Source: Tolypothrix carrinoi HA7290-LM1
Lineage (GTDB): Bacteria; Cyanobacteriota; Cyanobacteriia; Cyanobacteriales; Nostocaceae
DNA: 29,122 nucleotides
NCBI GenBank assembly: GCA_019358935.1
Contig: JAHHIK010000102.1
Coordinates: 1 to 29,122 of the forward strand
Reading direction: 5' to 3'
Positions 27,083-29,122 of the stretch are shown here, piece after piece. Positions within the stretch are counted from its first letter, which is position 1; each line of letters begins with the position of its first letter. The position numbers were made by a program, and so were the translations under genes. The notes below the pieces were generated by a model, which was not told where the DNA came from, made no database searches, and was given only the letters and a program-made list of their open reading frames with translations.

Positions 27083-28753
27083 CTACTGGGAAACGAATAT
27101 TTTTGCTGTAAATGGCGCTATATCAGTAGTTAGAATATCTTCATCAACTTTTACAGAAGTTTCAGTCAACCAATCTTGCCAAGATTCAGCCGCTGGGAAG
27201 TTGGGAATCTGATATTCTGGTAAATTCTGGTCAGAGAAATTTACCACGACGACGATGCGAGAACCTTGGAAATTCCAGCGGGTGTAAGCGAGTACTTTTG
27301 CTTCAGGATTTTCGTGGAAAAACTCAATATTATCGCTTTGCAAAGCTGGAGTTTGCTTGCGAAGGGCGATTAGTTTTTTGTAATATTCAAATAAATCGCG
27401 ATTTTCCTCTCTTTCCAATAGGGGCCATGCTATTTTCTTCGGCTGAGTCACAGTTTGGCTTTTGCGCTTGTGTTCGCCAAATTCTTCACCCATCCACAGC
27501 ATCGGTATACCCATTGCTGTTATTAACAGTACAGCACCTAACTTGGCGCGGACAAATGCAGCTTCATCAAAGATACCGCGATCGCCTAATTCTCTAAATA
27601 AATGTTCGCGATCGTGAGTTGCTAAATAATTTACCACATTTATTCCAGTCGCATAACCTTGCTGTTTTGGATCTAAAATCTGCTTTAGATGGTCTAATTC
27701 AAATGTCTCACCGCAAAGGTGAGGAACCAGAAAATAGCGAAAACTTTCATGCCAACAAGAATCCATCGGTCCTTCTGGCGCTGTCACGGTGCTTGTATCG
27801 GGAATGTGTTCGGCAATATTATAAAACGGCTTGGGTGCAGTATTCTTTTTTGATTGTTGTGCCAGCCAATCCAAAAATTCAAAGTTAGCTAATTGCCGCA
27901 CCGCATCAAAGCGAATTCCGTCAATGTGATACTCTTGAACCCAATAGCGCACCACATCCCCAACGTATTTCCAAGCAGGTTTAACGTCTAATTTTTCGTC
28001 ATAATTATCATAATTAAATTCCGGTCCCCAATAATTGTTCGGGTCTTCCGGATAATGCATGTGTTCGTAATACCAATAATTCCTATCAATCAGCATTAAC
28101 GGGCATTCTCCATCTGTATGGTTGTAAATTCCATCCATGAAAACCCGAATACCTCTACTATGACACTCGTCAATAAACCGCTTTAAATCTTCTGTTGATC
28201 CGTAGCTTGATTCTGTTGCGAAAAAGTGCCGCACTGTGTAGCCCCAGCTATAATCACCAGGATACTCATTTACTGGCATTAATTCTATTGCATTAATTCC
28301 CAATTCGCGCAGATAATCTAACTTTTCAATCGCATCTACATATTTTCCACGTTTATGAGGATCAACCTCACCACCTGTAAAATCGGCAACGTGCATTTCA
28401 TATATTACTAATTCATGATTTCCTGGCAATAATTTATCGTCGTGCTGCCAAACATAAGTATCAACTATTCGCTTACCATCTTTGACCCGCGTTATACCGA
28501 CTTTTTTCTCATCATTTACATCTGTGGCGTAAGGGTCAACTACATCCACCCATTCATCAGGCTGAAAATTTGGACTTTTGCTTTGAACGCGAAATTTGTA
28601 TTCATAAACACCGTCTTCTATTTCTACATGAGTACGAAAATAACCATCTTCGCCTTTTTGCATCGGAATCTCTTTCCAATCAGAAAAAGACCCAATTAAA
28701 GCTGCTCCTTGATTACGAGGAGCAAACAAATTAAATTCAATTACACTTGCCAT
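27083..28753 (-). CDS. GH13 alpha-amylase-family glycosyl hydrolase with N-terminal CBM48-like domain
   Basis: FNLFAPRN...IGSFSDW, IYEMHV, LGINAIELMPV, MDGIYNH, DGIRFDAV, IAEH, ATHD. Confidence 0.92.
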   Translation of the reverse strand: MASVIEFNLFAPRNQGAALIGSFSDWKEIPMQKGEDGYFRTHVEIEDGVYEYKFRVQSKSPNFQPDEWVDVVDPYATDVNDEKKVGITRVKDGKRIVDTYVWQHDDKLLPGNHELVIYEMHVADFTGGEVDPHKRGKYVDAIEKLDYLRELGINAIELMPVNEYPGDYSWGYTVRHFFATESSYGSTEDLKRFIDECHSRGIRVFMDGIYNHTDGECPLMLIDRNYWYYEHMHYPEDPNNYWGPEFNYDNYDEKLDVKPAWKYVGDVVRYWVQEYHIDGIRFDAVRQLANFEFLDWLAQQSKKNTAPKPFYNIAEHIPDTSTVTAPEGPMDSCWHESFRYFLVPHLCGETFELDHLKQILDPKQQGYATGINVVNYLATHDREHLFRELGDRGIFDEAAFVRAKLGAVLLITAMGIPMLWMGEEFGEHKRKSQTVTQPKKIAWPLLEREENRDLFEYYKKLIALRKQTPALQSDNIEFFHENPEAKVLAYTRWNFQGSRIVVVVNFSDQNLPEYQIPNFPAAESWQDWLTETSVKVDEDILTTDIAPFTAKIFVSQ

Positions 28754-28974
28754 TTCTACCTTTTTAGATAATTACTACTATAGTTCTGGCTCATAAAATT
28801 ATTTTGTAATATAAATTTATGTTAAGCTTCTTTCTAAAGTAATATCAACAAAATAAAAAATTTATTCGCCCTGCGTCAAGCGATCGCACTCGCGTTCAGA
28901 CGCTTTACCCGCTAGCTCTACGAATTTAGTACAGCATGAGCGTAAAAGCGTAGCGTTTTTAAATGCAGGGGAAC

Positions 28975-29122
28975 GCAATCGCATTGTATCGGGATGCAAT
29001 CGCATTGTATCGGGATGCAATCGCATTGTATCGGGATGCAATCGCATTGTATCGGGATGCAATCGCATTGTATCGGGATGCAATCGCATTGTATCGGGAT
29101 GCAATCGCATTGTATCGGGATG
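28975..29122. repeat. Perfect 21-bp tandem repeat (GCAATCGCATTGTATCGGGAT) x7, runs off the window end
   Basis: Seven identical units with no spacers. Confidence 0.95.

Noticed and set aside
24257..28699. Antisense and alternative-frame ORFs within the WD40 and GH13 genes (likewise in htrA, aroF, DUF1003)
   Set aside because: Shadow ORFs of well-supported genes with no independent motifs.
28975..29122. CRISPR array, or the ORF MRLHPDT x7
   Set aside because: No unique spacers and no cas genes; the ORF is a by-product of a 21-bp repeat.

Overview
Window from a filamentous cyanobacterium, probably Nostocales (dense HIP1 GCGATCGC octamers, short tandem and palindromic repeats, PAM68-rpsO pair). 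Bases 1 to about 6.7 kb are part of a heavily frameshifted prophage-like or integrative element. It carries a small tyrosine recombinase with an upstream 14-7-14 inverted repeat, a Tlde1/L,D-transpeptidase-like gene, an XRE repressor whose putative operators overlap a near-consensus divergent sigma70 promoter, several small rightward ORFs and an IS110-family recombinase. The standout signal is a type I hammerhead ribozyme fold (5001-5057) that starts right after an upstream stop codon. It precedes a structured ~200-nt region resembling an IS110 bridge RNA, which in turn precedes the recombinase. This suggests a repressor-controlled, ribozyme-processed RNA-guided recombinase; that is a hypothesis, not a demonstrated function. 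The rest is chromosomal: DUF1003, an HtrA protease, a broken EACC1-caspase module, Uma2 genes, tyrA, a pentapeptide-repeat protein, DUF1517, a lipoprotein, aroF, PAM68, rpsO, an HTH-AAA_35 / triple-repeat protein / AAA_35-WD40 cluster, a GH13 hydrolase and many repeats. All calls come from reading motifs by eye; no searches or folding programs were run.
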